From the NCBI GenBank assembly GCA_025934435.1, contig JAICYB010000005.1:12596-76595 (forward strand): a stretch of 64,000 nucleotides of DNA, written 5' to 3'. The position numbers and the translations under genes are program-made. Of the stretch, positions 46,985 to 56,949 are shown in pieces. How positions within the stretch are numbered: the first letter of the stretch is position 1; the number at the start of each line of letters is the position of its first letter. Source of the stretch: Actinomycetes bacterium (lineage in GTDB: Bacteria; Actinomycetota; JAICYB01). The notes below the pieces were generated by a model, which worked only from the letters and a program-made list of their open reading frames with translations, was not told the DNA's origin and searched no databases.

Positions 46985-47769
46985 CGTCGAGCGACGACGA
47001 GGTCCTGGTAGGACAGTGCCGGTGTGCGGCCGCACCACGAGCCGTGCTCGATGCGCGTGATCGTCAGCGCATGCCGTTCGTACATGGCTCGGACGCGATC
47101 CTCGTCGTGCGCGACGACCTTGTCGGGAACGGCTTCGTCCATCGCGCGGTAGCCGTCGTGGACGTAGGGGAGATCGATGGTGCTTCGTCCGGCATCGATC
47201 GCTTCACGTGAGAAGTCGTCCAGCAGGAAGTAGCTGATGAGCGATCGTCCGCCGGACTTCAGCACCCGCGCAACCTCGGCGGTGTAGCGTTCGACGCCCG
47301 CGGGGAGCATATGAGTGAACACCGAGCCGAGGACGACGACATCGAAGTGCTCGTCGTCGTACGGGAACGTGAATCGTTCCGCCGTGGTCGCGGCCGACGG
47401 GTTGTACAGATCGCTTCGCACGTCGACGTGACGGAACCGGAAGTTCGGATGGCGCGCCGCGATCGTCGCGTTGCACCAATCGACACCGGCTTTCATGATG
47501 TCGAAGCCGTCGTAACTCCCGTTCGGTGTGAGATATCTCGTCAGCTGGATGGTCTTTCGTCCGATGCCGCAGCCGACGTCGAGGACGGCGTCGTCCGGCC
47601 GCAGACCGGCAAGATCGCGATAGACGCCGAGGAATTCGACGCCGTTGTCGTGGAACTCCCGGAACGTCGGTGGCCCCTCGAACATGAGATCTTCCGGCGG
47701 GACGAGCGGTGCGAGACGTCCGAACAAGCGTCGCCGATGCCAGCGCGCTGCAAGGGAGAGCTTCGTCAT
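46981..47769 (-). CDS. Class I SAM-dependent methyltransferase
   Basis: VLDVGCGIGRKT (motif I), FDVVVLGSVFTHM. Confidence 0.8.
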   Translation of the reverse strand: MTKLSLAARWHRRRLFGRLAPLVPPEDLMFEGPPTFREFHDNGVEFLGVYRDLAGLRPDDAVLDVGCGIGRKTIQLTRYLTPNGSYDGFDIMKAGVDWCNATIAARHPNFRFRHVDVRSDLYNPSAATTAERFTFPYDDEHFDVVVLGSVFTHMLPAGVERYTAEVARVLKSGGRSLISYFLLDDFSREAIDAGRSTIDLPYVHDGYRAMDEAVPDKVVAHDEDRVRAMYERHALTITRIEHGSWCGRTPALSYQDLVVARR

Positions 47770-47819
47770 GTGCGCGAGGCTACGCAGTACAGTCGCTGCG
47801 AGCGAACGAAGGGAGACCC

Positions 47820-48596
47820 ATGGACTTCGTGGGAGAGATCAACGAGAAGGGCGTTCTCGAACAGCGTTTCGATCTGAAGGTCGGAAGCGAAGTCGTACCG
47901 GGGATCTTGTGGCGGCCGGCCGACCGGCTCGAAGGTGTTCCGACCGTGCTGATAGGCCACGGCGGGACGCAGCACAAGCGTGTGCCGAACGTCGTCGGTC
48001 TCGCGCGGAGGTTCGTCCGGCATCTCGGTTTCGCTGCGGTGGCGATCGACGCGCCGGGACACGGAGATCGCGTGAAGGATCCGGACGCAGCCGAGCGCAT
48101 GCGCGGTCGTCTCGAGCGTCAGATCGCGGCCGGCCCGACGGGGCGCCCCTTCGAGATCCCGCCGGAGGAAGCGAAAGCATGGGTCGAGCGGACGAAGCGC
48201 GGCGTTGCGGAGTGGAAGGCGCTCGTCGACGAGCTGCCATCCGTCGGTCTGAGCGGTCCCTACGGCTACTGGGGCGTCTCCATGGGAACGGCGATCGGTC
48301 TCCCGTTCGTCGCGTCCGAGCCGCGCATCAGCGCCGCGGTGCTCGGTCTCGCCGGGCTCGGGAACCGTCCGGGCCGGCAGGCCTTCGAAGCCGCCGCGAG
48401 AAGCCTTCGGGTCCCGATCCTGTTCATCTTCCAGTGGGACGACGAACTGATGAACCGTGAATCCGGTACCGCGCTGTTCGACGCGATCGGTTCGAACGAG
48501 AAGACGATGCACATCAATCCCGGCGGTCACGTCTCGACGCCGCTCTTCGAGCGCGACGACTACGACCTCTTCTTCAAGCGCCACCTCGCCGGTTAG
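47820..48596 (+). CDS. Alpha/beta hydrolase (dienelactone-hydrolase-like)
   Basis: ATG at 47820 after GGGAG. GHGG, GVSMG elbow. Confidence 0.7.
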   Translation: MDFVGEINEKGVLEQRFDLKVGSEVVPGILWRPADRLEGVPTVLIGHGGTQHKRVPNVVGLARRFVRHLGFAAVAIDAPGHGDRVKDPDAAERMRGRLERQIAAGPTGRPFEIPPEEAKAWVERTKRGVAEWKALVDELPSVGLSGPYGYWGVSMGTAIGLPFVASEPRISAAVLGLAGLGNRPGRQAFEAAARSLRVPILFIFQWDDELMNRESGTALFDAIGSNEKTMHINPGGHVSTPLFERDDYDLFFKRHLAG

Positions 48597-49465
48597 AGCC
48601 CGGCGCGGCGCTTCATCCCCCCGATGACGCGGTGGAACCCGACGAGTGAATCGTCGGGCGGGGGTGGGTCGAGCGAGCGGCCGACGAACTGCAGAGCCGC
48701 GACGAATCGGGGGCCGAGCGTGCGACCGAGATGGTCGGCCCCGAGGATCGAGTGGTAGTCGTGCCGGACGGCGTTGTCCCACAAGATCCGGTGCAGGAAG
48801 TCCGCGCCGCGATGCAGATTGAAGCTGTCTTCGTCGCCGCACTCGATGAGGATCGCCGTCTCGCGCAGCCGTAACGGGTCGCGCTGGGCGATCGTCGCCG
48901 GATTGTTCGCGGCCCAGTACTCCTCGTCAACGGGTGAGCCGAAGATCTGCTCGTAGAGCGCGTCGTCGCGATAGAACCGGTCGTGCGTTTCGATGTCCGC
49001 GTAGGCGAGGACCGGTTCGATACCGGGCTCGAGGGCGGCCACCGTCCCGAAGACCTCAGGATGCTTGAACGCGAGGCGCAATCCGCCCATGCCGCCCATC
49101 GAGATCCCGCAGATGGCCGTCGACGCGCGATCGTCCGCGGTCGCGTAGGCGGAACGCACGGTAGGCAGGAGGTCGCTGACGATCGCATCCTCGTAGCACC
49201 GCGATCCGTCTCGGTAGTTCATATAGAAGGAGCGCTCGACACTCGGAGTCACGACGACCGCCGGGGGAAGTGCTCCGTCCGCCCAGCACTTCTCGATCAG
49301 CGGACGCATCTGTCCGAGGAAATCCCGGCTCCCACCGCCGCCGTGCAGGAAGAGCAGGAACGGAAGTCCGCGTTCGACGCGCTCGGGACGGAGCACCGCA
49401 TACGGCAACGCGTCGCCGCCGAGCCGTTGCGTCTGGAGATCGTGGTGTTCGAGCGCCGTATTCAT
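48593..49465 (-). CDS. Esterase-family alpha/beta hydrolase
   Basis: ATG at 49465. FLLFLHGGGGS, GISMGGMGGLRLAFKHPEVF. Confidence 0.75.
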   Translation of the reverse strand: MNTALEHHDLQTQRLGGDALPYAVLRPERVERGLPFLLFLHGGGGSRDFLGQMRPLIEKCWADGALPPAVVVTPSVERSFYMNYRDGSRCYEDAIVSDLLPTVRSAYATADDRASTAICGISMGGMGGLRLAFKHPEVFGTVAALEPGIEPVLAYADIETHDRFYRDDALYEQIFGSPVDEEYWAANNPATIAQRDPLRLRETAILIECGDEDSFNLHRGADFLHRILWDNAVRHDYHSILGADHLGRTLGPRFVAALQFVGRSLDPPPPDDSLVGFHRVIGGMKRRAGL

Positions 49466-49908
49466 CGTTCGGCGCTGACGGTCCCCATCGCGCGATCGAA
49501 GTCCCAGTACGTGCGGAGCGAGTCGATCAAGCCGCCGTCGCCGATGCGATAGACGTACACACCGAACGTCTGGATCTGGACGCCGCCGGGCAGATGCGCA
49601 CGCATCGAGGCCACGTTTGCCACCTCGTTCCCCGATGGATACGACGCGTCGACGGTGAAGTCGATGCGGTCGACCGTGGCGATGGTGCCGTCCCAATAAG
49701 CGGACATGCGCTCGCGACCACGGTGGCCGCGGCCCTGCGGATCGAATGGGGACGGACCCACGGGATCCTCGATGAGCGCATCGTCGCTATAGAGCGCGAG
49801 CCACTCGTCTTTCGCCTTACGGCAAACCGTCTCGATCGACCGCCGCGACGCGACACGCGCGGGATGGTCGTCGAAGATCGCGTTCCATGTCAGGATCCCG
49901 TCCGGCAT
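49462..49908 (-). CDS. NTF2/SnoaL-like (ketosteroid-isomerase-like) protein
   Basis: ATG at 49908 after [22 protein letters not shown]. Confidence 0.65.
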   Translation of the reverse strand: MPDGILTWNAIFDDHPARVASRRSIETVCRKAKDEWLALYSDDALIEDPVGPSPFDPQGRGHRGRERMSAYWDGTIATVDRIDFTVDASYPSGNEVANVASMRAHLPGGVQIQTFGVYVYRIGDGGLIDSLRTYWDFDRAMGTVSAER

Positions 49909-49958
49909 CTGCCCTCCGCTACTCTGGCGCGGATAGCTTACGCGGTCGAGGGGGAGCG

Positions 49959-51755
49959 ATGACCGAAACACAAGAGCGTTCGTTCGATCCAGACGCGCTG
50001 CGCGCGAAGTACCGCGCCGAGCGCGACAAACGGCTCCGGACGGACGGGAACGAGCAGTACATCGAAGTGTCCGGCGCGTTCGCGCATTACGTCGAAGATC
50101 CGTACGTCGAGCCGGGGTTCGTCCGAGAAGCTCTGCACGACGACGTCGAAGTCGTTGTCATCGGTGGTGGCTTCGGTGGCCTCCTCGCCGGTGCACGACT
50201 GAAGCAGTCGGGCGTGACCGACGTCCGAGTGATCGAGAAGGGCGGCGACTTCGGCGGGACGTGGTACTGGAACCGCTATCCGGGTGCCATGTGCGACGTC
50301 GAGAGTTACATCTACCTTCCCCTGCTCGAAGAGCTGAACTACGTCCCGACCGAGAAGTATGTCCATGCGCCGGAGATCCTGGCGCACAGCCGGGCGATCG
50401 GTGAGCACTTCGATCTCTATGACGGGGCACTGTTCCAGACCGAAGTGACGCGTCTCGAGTGGGACGAAGCACGCGCGCGGTGGATCGTCCGCACGAACCG
50501 TGGCGACGAGCTGCAGGCTCACTTCGTGTGCATGCCGACGGGACCGCTCAATCGACCGAAGCTTCCGGGGATCGAGGGGATCCAGTCCTTCAAAGGTCAC
50601 TCGTTCCACACGAGCCGCTGGGACTACGGGTACACCGGCGGCGACTCCAACGGGAACCTCACCGGTTTGGCCGGCAAGCGCGTCGGCATCATCGGGACCG
50701 GCGCGACGGCCGTCCAGTGCGTGCCGCATCTCGGAGAGGCGGCCGAGCACCTCTACGTCTTCCAGCGGACGCCGTCGTCGATCGACGTGCGCGCGAACCG
50801 TCCGACCGATCCGGAGTGGGCGGCATCACTCGAGCCGGGCTGGCACCGGGACCGGATGAACAACTTCAACATCCTCGTGACGGGCGGGTTCCAGGAAGAG
50901 GACCTCGTCTCCGACGGATGGACGGACATCATCCGCAATCTCCTCGTCCGCATCCGTGACGGGAGCGCGCAGGTCACCGACGCGAACAGCCTGCGCGAGA
51001 CGATGGAGCTGGCCGACTTCGAGAAGATGAACCGGGTGCGCGCGCGGGTGGACTCCGTCGTCGCCGATCCCGACATCGCCGAGTCCCTGAAGCCGTACTA
51101 CCGGCAGTTCTGCAAGCGTCCCTGCTTCCACGACGAATACCTCGACACGTTCAACCGACCGAATGTCACGCTGGTCGACACCGAAGGACGAGGCGTCGAG
51201 CGCATCACCGAGCGAGGGATCGTCGCGAACGGGGTCGAGTACGAACTCGATTGCATCATCTACGCGACCGGATTCGAAGTCGGGACGTCCTACACGCGCC
51301 GCGCTGGGTATGAGCTGCACGGCCGAAACGGCATCACCCTTTCGGAGCATTGGAGCAACGGCATCCGGACGTTGCACGGCCTTCACTCCCACAACTTCCC
51401 GAACTGTTTCATCATGGGTCCGCAGCAGAGCGGGTTCACCGTGAACTTTCCGCACATGCTCGACGAGCAGGCGCGTCACATCGCCTACATCGTTTCCTAC
51501 GCGATCGAGAACAACGTGCAGACGGTCGAGGCAACCGAGGAAGCCGAGAACGAATGGGTCGAGACCGTCATCAGCCGTGCCGTGTTCGGCCGCGAGTTCC
51601 TCGAGTCGTGCACGCCGGGCTACTACAACAATGAGGGCCAGGTCTCCAAGCTCGCCGTCCAGAACGGCTTCTTCAGCGGCGGTTCGGTCGAGTTCTTCGC
51701 GACGCTCGAGAAGTGGCGGAGCGACGGCATGCTCGAAGGATTGACCGTCCGCTAA
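49959..51755 (+). CDS. Baeyer-Villiger (type I flavin) monooxygenase
   Basis: ATG at 49959. [11 protein letters not shown], fingerprint [24 protein letters not shown]. Confidence 0.85.
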   Translation: MTETQERSFDPDALRAKYRAERDKRLRTDGNEQYIEVSGAFAHYVEDPYVEPGFVREALHDDVEVVVIGGGFGGLLAGARLKQSGVTDVRVIEKGGDFGGTWYWNRYPGAMCDVESYIYLPLLEELNYVPTEKYVHAPEILAHSRAIGEHFDLYDGALFQTEVTRLEWDEARARWIVRTNRGDELQAHFVCMPTGPLNRPKLPGIEGIQSFKGHSFHTSRWDYGYTGGDSNGNLTGLAGKRVGIIGTGATAVQCVPHLGEAAEHLYVFQRTPSSIDVRANRPTDPEWAASLEPGWHRDRMNNFNILVTGGFQEEDLVSDGWTDIIRNLLVRIRDGSAQVTDANSLRETMELADFEKMNRVRARVDSVVADPDIAESLKPYYRQFCKRPCFHDEYLDTFNRPNVTLVDTEGRGVERITERGIVANGVEYELDCIIYATGFEVGTSYTRRAGYELHGRNGITLSEHWSNGIRTLHGLHSHNFPNCFIMGPQQSGFTVNFPHMLDEQARHIAYIVSYAIENNVQTVEATEEAENEWVETVISRAVFGREFLESCTPGYYNNEGQVSKLAVQNGFFSGGSVEFFATLEKWRSDGMLEGLTVR

Positions 51756-52588
51756 CGGAAGACGTTCGGATTCGCGAAAAGGTCGAGTTCGACGACCTTC
51801 CCATTCGCGACGGTGAAGCCGGCAACGGCGACGGTGACGCCGTTCACCTCCACCTTCGCGCCGGGCGCGCCGTTCACGAAGACGTGGCGCGCCAGCGGCG
51901 CGAGCGGCGTGCCTCGCGCCAGGATCTCTCGTGCGACGTTCGCCGCACCGGTGACGACGGGTACCAGGTCGGCGACCGCATGCCGACGGAAGACGACGTC
52001 CGGATCGAGTATCCGGACGAGGCCCTCGAAGTCTCCATCGCGTGACGCCGCGAGGAATGCGTCGACGACGCGCTGTTGTTCGGCGAGATCTGGATCGGGT
52101 CGCGGCGCCGACCGGACGCGGGCGCGCGCCCGACTGGCGAGCTTGCGCGCGGCGATGGGGGTCCGTCCGACGATCTCGCCGATCTCGCGGAACGGGACAC
52201 CGAACATGTCGTGAAGCACGAAGGCAAGTCGTTGGGCAGGATCGAGCGCTTCGAGGAGCACGAGGAGCGCGAGACCGACGGCGTCGGCCAGTACGGTCTC
52301 GGCTTCGGGGTCACTCGTCACGAGCGGCTCCGGTAGAAAGTCGTCGAGTTGCTGTTCACGGCGGTGTTTGCGTGCGCGCAACATGTCGAGGCAGACACGT
52401 CCAACAACGGTCGTCAGCCACCCTTTGAGGTCGTCGATGTCGTCCGCGCCTGTGCGATCGAGGCGGAGCCACGCCTCTTGCACGGCGTCGTCGGCTTCCG
52501 TGAGGGAGCCGAGCATGCGGTAGGCGACCGAGCGCAGATGTCTGCGTTGTTCCTCGAACCGCTCGGCCATCCAGGCCTTTTCGTCCAT
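51752..52588 (-). CDS. ECF sigma factor with a fused C-terminal SnoaL/NTF2-like extension (SigI/SigJ type)
   Basis: [27 protein letters not shown] (region 2), [23 protein letters not shown] (region 4.2), and about 100 aa of extra C-terminus ending ...ANPNVFR. Confidence 0.8.
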   Translation of the reverse strand: MDEKAWMAERFEEQRRHLRSVAYRMLGSLTEADDAVQEAWLRLDRTGADDIDDLKGWLTTVVGRVCLDMLRARKHRREQQLDDFLPEPLVTSDPEAETVLADAVGLALLVLLEALDPAQRLAFVLHDMFGVPFREIGEIVGRTPIAARKLASRARARVRSAPRPDPDLAEQQRVVDAFLAASRDGDFEGLVRILDPDVVFRRHAVADLVPVVTGAANVAREILARGTPLAPLARHVFVNGAPGAKVEVNGVTVAVAGFTVANGKVVELDLFANPNVFR

Positions 52589-52589
52589 C

Positions 52590-52616
52590 GGTCACATCCT
52601 TCCCGTTTCTCGCGTC
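52590..52616 (+). promoter_or_regulatory. ECF41-like promoter motif GGTCACA-N16-CGTC facing the ABC-2 transporter operon
   Basis: GGTCACA at 52590-96, a 16-nt spacer, then CGTC at 52613-16. It differs at one position from the TGTCACA-N16-CGTC consensus as I recall it for ECF41 sigma factors. It overlaps the 12-bp palindrome CGTCCTAGGACG (52613-24). Confidence 0.4.
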
Positions 52617-52657
52617 CTAGGACGAAACGAAGACCGACAAGGTGACCGGAGGTCGTC

Positions 52658-53617
52658 ATGGCACGGAGGGTGAACGGAGGTTCCGCGGCGATCGAGGTCG
52701 TGGCGCTGCGGAAGACGTATCCCGGCGAAGTCGACGCCGTCAAGGGCATCGACTTCGAGGTTTGCGCCGGCGAAGTGTTCGGGCTCGTCGGTCCCAACGG
52801 CGCGGGCAAGTCGACCACGATCGGGATGTTGACGACGCAGGTCAGACCCTCCGGCGGGAGTGCACGCGTGGCCGGCTTCGATGTCGTCACCGACGCGATC
52901 GACGTCCGCCGGGTGAGCAGCGTCGTATTCCAAGAAGCCGTCGTCGACCGCAGCCTCACGGGCCGCCGCAATCTGGACATCCACGCCCACCTGTGGGGCG
53001 TGGAACCACGGATCGCGGCGAAACGCATCGTCGAGCTCGTGCGGATCTTCGACCTCGAAGCGGTGGTGGACCGAGCTGTCGGCACGTACAGCGGCGGGCA
53101 GCGACGCCGCCTCGAGATCGCGCGCGCGTTGCTTTCGAAGCCCCGTTTGTTGTTCCTCGACGAACCGACGGTCGGTCTCGATCCGCTCATCCGTCATGAG
53201 CTCGTCGACATCATCTCCGACCTACGCCGCCGAACGGAGATGACCGTTGTCTTGACGACGCACTACCTCGAGGAAGCCGAGCGATTGTGCGATCGCGTCG
53301 CCGTCTTGCACGGCGGCGAGGTGGTCGGGATGGACACACCACAGCGGCTGCTCGCGACGCTCGGAGCCGAACTCGTCGAGCTGCGTGTCGATGAAGACCC
53401 GCTCTACGTGATCGATGTGCTTCGCGAACAGCGAGTGGCCGGCGAGGATGCCTTTGCCGTCGGCGCGACGATCACTGTGCCGATGCACCGTCGGCGGACG
53501 TCGCGAGCCCTCGCAGTCATCCACGGGTTGGACCTGAACATGACCTCGGTCAGCACACGTAAGCCGACACTCGACGACGTGTATCTGCGTCTCACGGGTG
53601 ACCGGATCGAGAGATAA
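52658..53617 (+). CDS. ABC transporter ATP-binding protein (DrrA-like, ABC-2 type)
   Basis: GLVGPNGAGKSTT, YSGGQRRRLEIARAL, LFLDEPT. Confidence 0.85.
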   Translation: MARRVNGGSAAIEVVALRKTYPGEVDAVKGIDFEVCAGEVFGLVGPNGAGKSTTIGMLTTQVRPSGGSARVAGFDVVTDAIDVRRVSSVVFQEAVVDRSLTGRRNLDIHAHLWGVEPRIAAKRIVELVRIFDLEAVVDRAVGTYSGGQRRRLEIARALLSKPRLLFLDEPTVGLDPLIRHELVDIISDLRRRTEMTVVLTTHYLEEAERLCDRVAVLHGGEVVGMDTPQRLLATLGAELVELRVDEDPLYVIDVLREQRVAGEDAFAVGATITVPMHRRRTSRALAVIHGLDLNMTSVSTRKPTLDDVYLRLTGDRIER

Positions 53618-53629
53618 GGAGAGATCGAG

Positions 53630-54475
53630 ATGGCTGTCGCAACTGTCGCAGTGGAACATCGTGCGCGTATCCGTCGCGGGAGCGCCGTCGCCACACTCGC
53701 GCGGCGGCGTTTCGCGCTGAGCGCGCGAACGCCACGGGAGATCATCGTTCCGCTCGTGAATCCGGTGCTCTTCGCGCTCGTGATAGCGCCCGCGTTGAAC
53801 AAGGTGATCGGATCGTTCCGCCCCGGGCTGGACTACGTCTCGTACGTCGCGATCGGGACGATTGGCTTGCTCGTACCGATCAACACCATGTTCGCGGGGC
53901 TGGGCGTCATCGTCGATCGCGCGGAAGGCGCGCAGCGTGAGCTCGTTTCGGCGCCGGTACCGCGTTCGTTCGTCGTCTACGGGAACCTGGCGGTTGCGCT
54001 GCTGACGACGACGTTCCAGGTCGTAGCCCTCATCGGCTTCGCCGTGCTGCGCGGCGCCAACTTCGTCACGACGGCAACGGGGATCGCGTGGTTCGGATCC
54101 GCCGCCTTGCTCTTCGCGATCGGTTCATACGGCGTTGCGGAAACGCTTGCGAATCGGATGCCGAAACAGGAGGAGTACATCGGGGTCGTCCCGGCCGTCG
54201 CGATCCTGCCGTGGTTCTTCGCCGGTTCCCTCTTTCCGATCGACACGCTCCCACGCGGACTGGCGATGTTCGCGCGCGTTCTGCCGCTCACACACGCGCT
54301 GGCGCTGATGCGCTACGGCCTCGGCGTGGACAAGATCGGCGTGGGTCTGAAGGACATCTGGGGCATGGCGAACGTCCAGGCGATGGCCGGACTGAGCCTG
54401 CTCGTTATCGCGTTCTTTGCGATCGCCTTTACGCGGCTCGCCGTACGCGTCTTCTCACGGGCGGCCCTCCGGTGA
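53630..54475 (+). CDS. ABC-2 type transporter permease
   Basis: 281 aa with about 6 hydrophobic segments, immediately downstream of the ATPase gene. Confidence 0.8.
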   Translation: MAVATVAVEHRARIRRGSAVATLARRRFALSARTPREIIVPLVNPVLFALVIAPALNKVIGSFRPGLDYVSYVAIGTIGLLVPINTMFAGLGVIVDRAEGAQRELVSAPVPRSFVVYGNLAVALLTTTFQVVALIGFAVLRGANFVTTATGIAWFGSAALLFAIGSYGVAETLANRMPKQEEYIGVVPAVAILPWFFAGSLFPIDTLPRGLAMFARVLPLTHALALMRYGLGVDKIGVGLKDIWGMANVQAMAGLSLLVIAFFAIAFTRLAVRVFSRAALR

Positions 54476-54488
54476 CCATACTGAGGGC

Positions 54489-54881
54489 GTGCCTGAGCGC
54501 AACGTCCTCGGAAACGACCTCGAACCCTGCGGCCTGGATCCGGTCACGGGTTGGTTCCGCGACGGCTGTTGCAACACGAGCGACGAGGACGTCGGTCTCC
54601 ACACCATCTGCGCCGTCGTGACGGCCGAGTTCCTCGAGCATCAGCAAAGCATCGGGAACGACCTCATCACGGCGATCCCCGAGTACAAGTTCCCGGGCCT
54701 CGCCCCCGGCGACCGTTGGTGCGTGACCGCACGGAACTGGCTCCGGGCGCACGTCGATGGCGCGGCGGCGCCGGTCGTGCTCGCATCGACGCACGAACGG
54801 ACGCTCGAGGTTGTCCCGCTCGAGGTCCTGCGCCGGTACGCGGTGGATGTCCCGACGGACATCTCCGGCCTCGACGACTAG
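54489..54881 (+). CDS. DUF2237-family protein
   Basis: GTG at 54489. NVLGNDLEPCGLDPVTGWFRDGCCNT...GLHTICA...GDRWCVTARNW. Confidence 0.7.
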   Translation: MPERNVLGNDLEPCGLDPVTGWFRDGCCNTSDEDVGLHTICAVVTAEFLEHQQSIGNDLITAIPEYKFPGLAPGDRWCVTARNWLRAHVDGAAAPVVLASTHERTLEVVPLEVLRRYAVDVPTDISGLDD

Positions 54882-54980
54882 TTCCGTCCGCCGCGTTCGT
54901 CGACCACGAGATGACCCGTGCGCTCGCTCCCGTGGCGATGACGGACGCTTCGCTCGACCTCGAGCTCGCCCAGAACCGTC

Positions 54981-55853
54981 CTATCCGTAGAGCTCGGACG
55001 AAGCCTTCATCCAGCGCAGCTGCATCCGCATCTCGGCGATGCGGATCCCGTCGAGCGTGTCGGCGTGGCTCTCGAACCAGACGTACTCGGTCTTCGGGCT
55101 CTCGCCGACGCTGAGGATCACACCGCCGACCTTATAGGTGCGGTCGAGGACGAGCGGTCCGTTGATGTTGCGCACCTCGATGGCACCGAACAGCCCGACC
55201 GCTTTGCCCGCTGTGCGACCGATGACCCGGGCCGGATGCTCGTAGAGGTAGTGCACGATCGTCGCCGGAGACGCGATCGGGCCCCCGAACGGTGACTCGG
55301 TGTACCAGTCAAGCGGTTCGGTGATGACGTCGAGCCTGTCCGCCTGATGCTTCGCGGGCATCGCGATCTGTGCTTCCTCGATCTTGTCGCCGGCCTGCAT
55401 GCCGGCGAGGATCCGGAGTTCGCCGCTGCCCCAGCGGGAGAGGTCGAGCTGTTGGAGTGCCGTCGCTTCGTCCGGATCTCCGACGGACGCGCTTCCTTCG
55501 CCGACGAGCATGCCGTCCTCACGCTCGATCCACGCCCGGACCTGCACGTCGTTCGCTTGCGTGGGCATCTCCAGCAGCGCTCGCACCGCCTCACGGTCCG
55601 TCGTCGCGTTCTTGAAGTTGATCGACAGCGTTCCGTTGTCGAGCCAGCGGTCACCGAACGCGCGCAGCAGGAGCGGCGGGAACAGCTCGAGGTGGATGGA
55701 ACCGGCGACGGTGCCGCCGCGGAAGCCGAGTTTCGACGCGACGGCGTCGTTGTGGATGCTGCCCTTGATGTTCTGCGCCTGATTGACCGACTGACGCAAT
55801 GGTCCCGTGAGCACGCCTTCGGTGACGGTGATCTCGTCCAACCGCTGTGCCAT
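54981..55853 (-). CDS. Hypothetical protein, possibly double hotdog (MaoC-like) fold
   Basis: ATG at 55853 after GAGGGGG. IHNDAVASKLGFRGGTVAGSIH resembles MaoC-type motifs. Weak call. Confidence 0.4.
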   Translation of the reverse strand: MAQRLDEITVTEGVLTGPLRQSVNQAQNIKGSIHNDAVASKLGFRGGTVAGSIHLELFPPLLLRAFGDRWLDNGTLSINFKNATTDREAVRALLEMPTQANDVQVRAWIEREDGMLVGEGSASVGDPDEATALQQLDLSRWGSGELRILAGMQAGDKIEEAQIAMPAKHQADRLDVITEPLDWYTESPFGGPIASPATIVHYLYEHPARVIGRTAGKAVGLFGAIEVRNINGPLVLDRTYKVGGVILSVGESPKTEYVWFESHADTLDGIRIAEMRMQLRWMKASSELYG

Positions 55854-55864
55854 GTGGACCCCCT

Positions 55865-56902
55865 CTAGTTGAGACGCTTCAGCGCCTCGCTCGCGTTCCG
55901 AACGGACATCTCGACGGACAGCTTGAATGCGTCGACGTTCACCCCGGTGGTGTCGAGCGCGCCGTGCAGGTAGCGCGCGTAAACGCCTTCGACGATGCAC
56001 GCGCTCTTCCAGTGTGAGAAGGCGACGTAGAACTCGATCTGCGATACGTCCCGCCCCGAGCGTTCCGCGTACCGTTCCAGGATCTCCGCGCGGCGGGGGA
56101 ATCCTTCGACGGTTGTCGGCGACATGCGGTGCGCGGGTCCCGTTTCGTTCGGTTCGGGCCAGGAGTGGAGGACGTAACCGACATCCGCGAGCGGATCGCC
56201 GAGGGTCGCGATCTCCCAGTCGAGAACCGCGGCGATCTTGGCGTCTCGTCCGGAGATGCAATTGCCGAGCCGGTAGTCACCGTGGACGACGCGCGCCGGT
56301 CCTTGTTCGGGGATGCGCTGCGAAAGCTCGTCGTGGACCTCGTCGAGGAGCGGCAGCTCGCGCGTCTTCGACGCGTTCCACTGCGAGTACCAGCGCTTGA
56401 GCTGGCGGGCGATATATCCCTCTTTGCGGCCGATATCGCCGAGGCCGACGTCGTCCGGATCGATCACGTGCATGTCGGCGAGGACGTCGATGAACGAGTA
56501 GCCGATCGCACGTCGCTCATCGGCCGTGAATTCGTTCTCCGCCACGGACGCGTCGTGCAGCACGTGTCCGTCGACGAAGGCCATGATGTAGAACGGCGCG
56601 CCGGTGATCTGTTTGTCGTCGCAGTACGCGAGCGGCGGCGCGACGGGAACGGGCGTCGGGTACAGGGCTGAGATGAAACGCCATTCGCGGTTCATATCGT
56701 GCGCCGTCGGCAGGAGATCACCGAGCGGAGGACGCCGGAGGACGAACCCCCGTCCCTTCGCATCGCGCACCTCGTAGGTCAGGTTCGAATGGCCGCCCTT
56801 GATGCGGATGAACCGGAGCGGCGACTCGATGCCGTCGATGCATCCCTCGAGATAGGACGTCACCGCCCCGACCTCGACCCCCGGAACCTCTTGCACTTGC
56901 AT
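55865..56902 (-). CDS. Phosphotransferase family protein (APH-like kinase fold)
   Basis: ATG at 56902. KGGHSNLTYEV, VVHGDYRLGNCI, VLDWEIATLGDPLAD. Confidence 0.8.
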   Translation of the reverse strand: MQVQEVPGVEVGAVTSYLEGCIDGIESPLRFIRIKGGHSNLTYEVRDAKGRGFVLRRPPLGDLLPTAHDMNREWRFISALYPTPVPVAPPLAYCDDKQITGAPFYIMAFVDGHVLHDASVAENEFTADERRAIGYSFIDVLADMHVIDPDDVGLGDIGRKEGYIARQLKRWYSQWNASKTRELPLLDEVHDELSQRIPEQGPARVVHGDYRLGNCISGRDAKIAAVLDWEIATLGDPLADVGYVLHSWPEPNETGPAHRMSPTTVEGFPRRAEILERYAERSGRDVSQIEFYVAFSHWKSACIVEGVYARYLHGALDTTGVNVDAFKLSVEMSVRNASEALKRLN

Positions 56903-56949
56903 CGCAGACAGTGTCCGCTTCCGAGCGTCGCTCGCGCACATCGGAGCCG

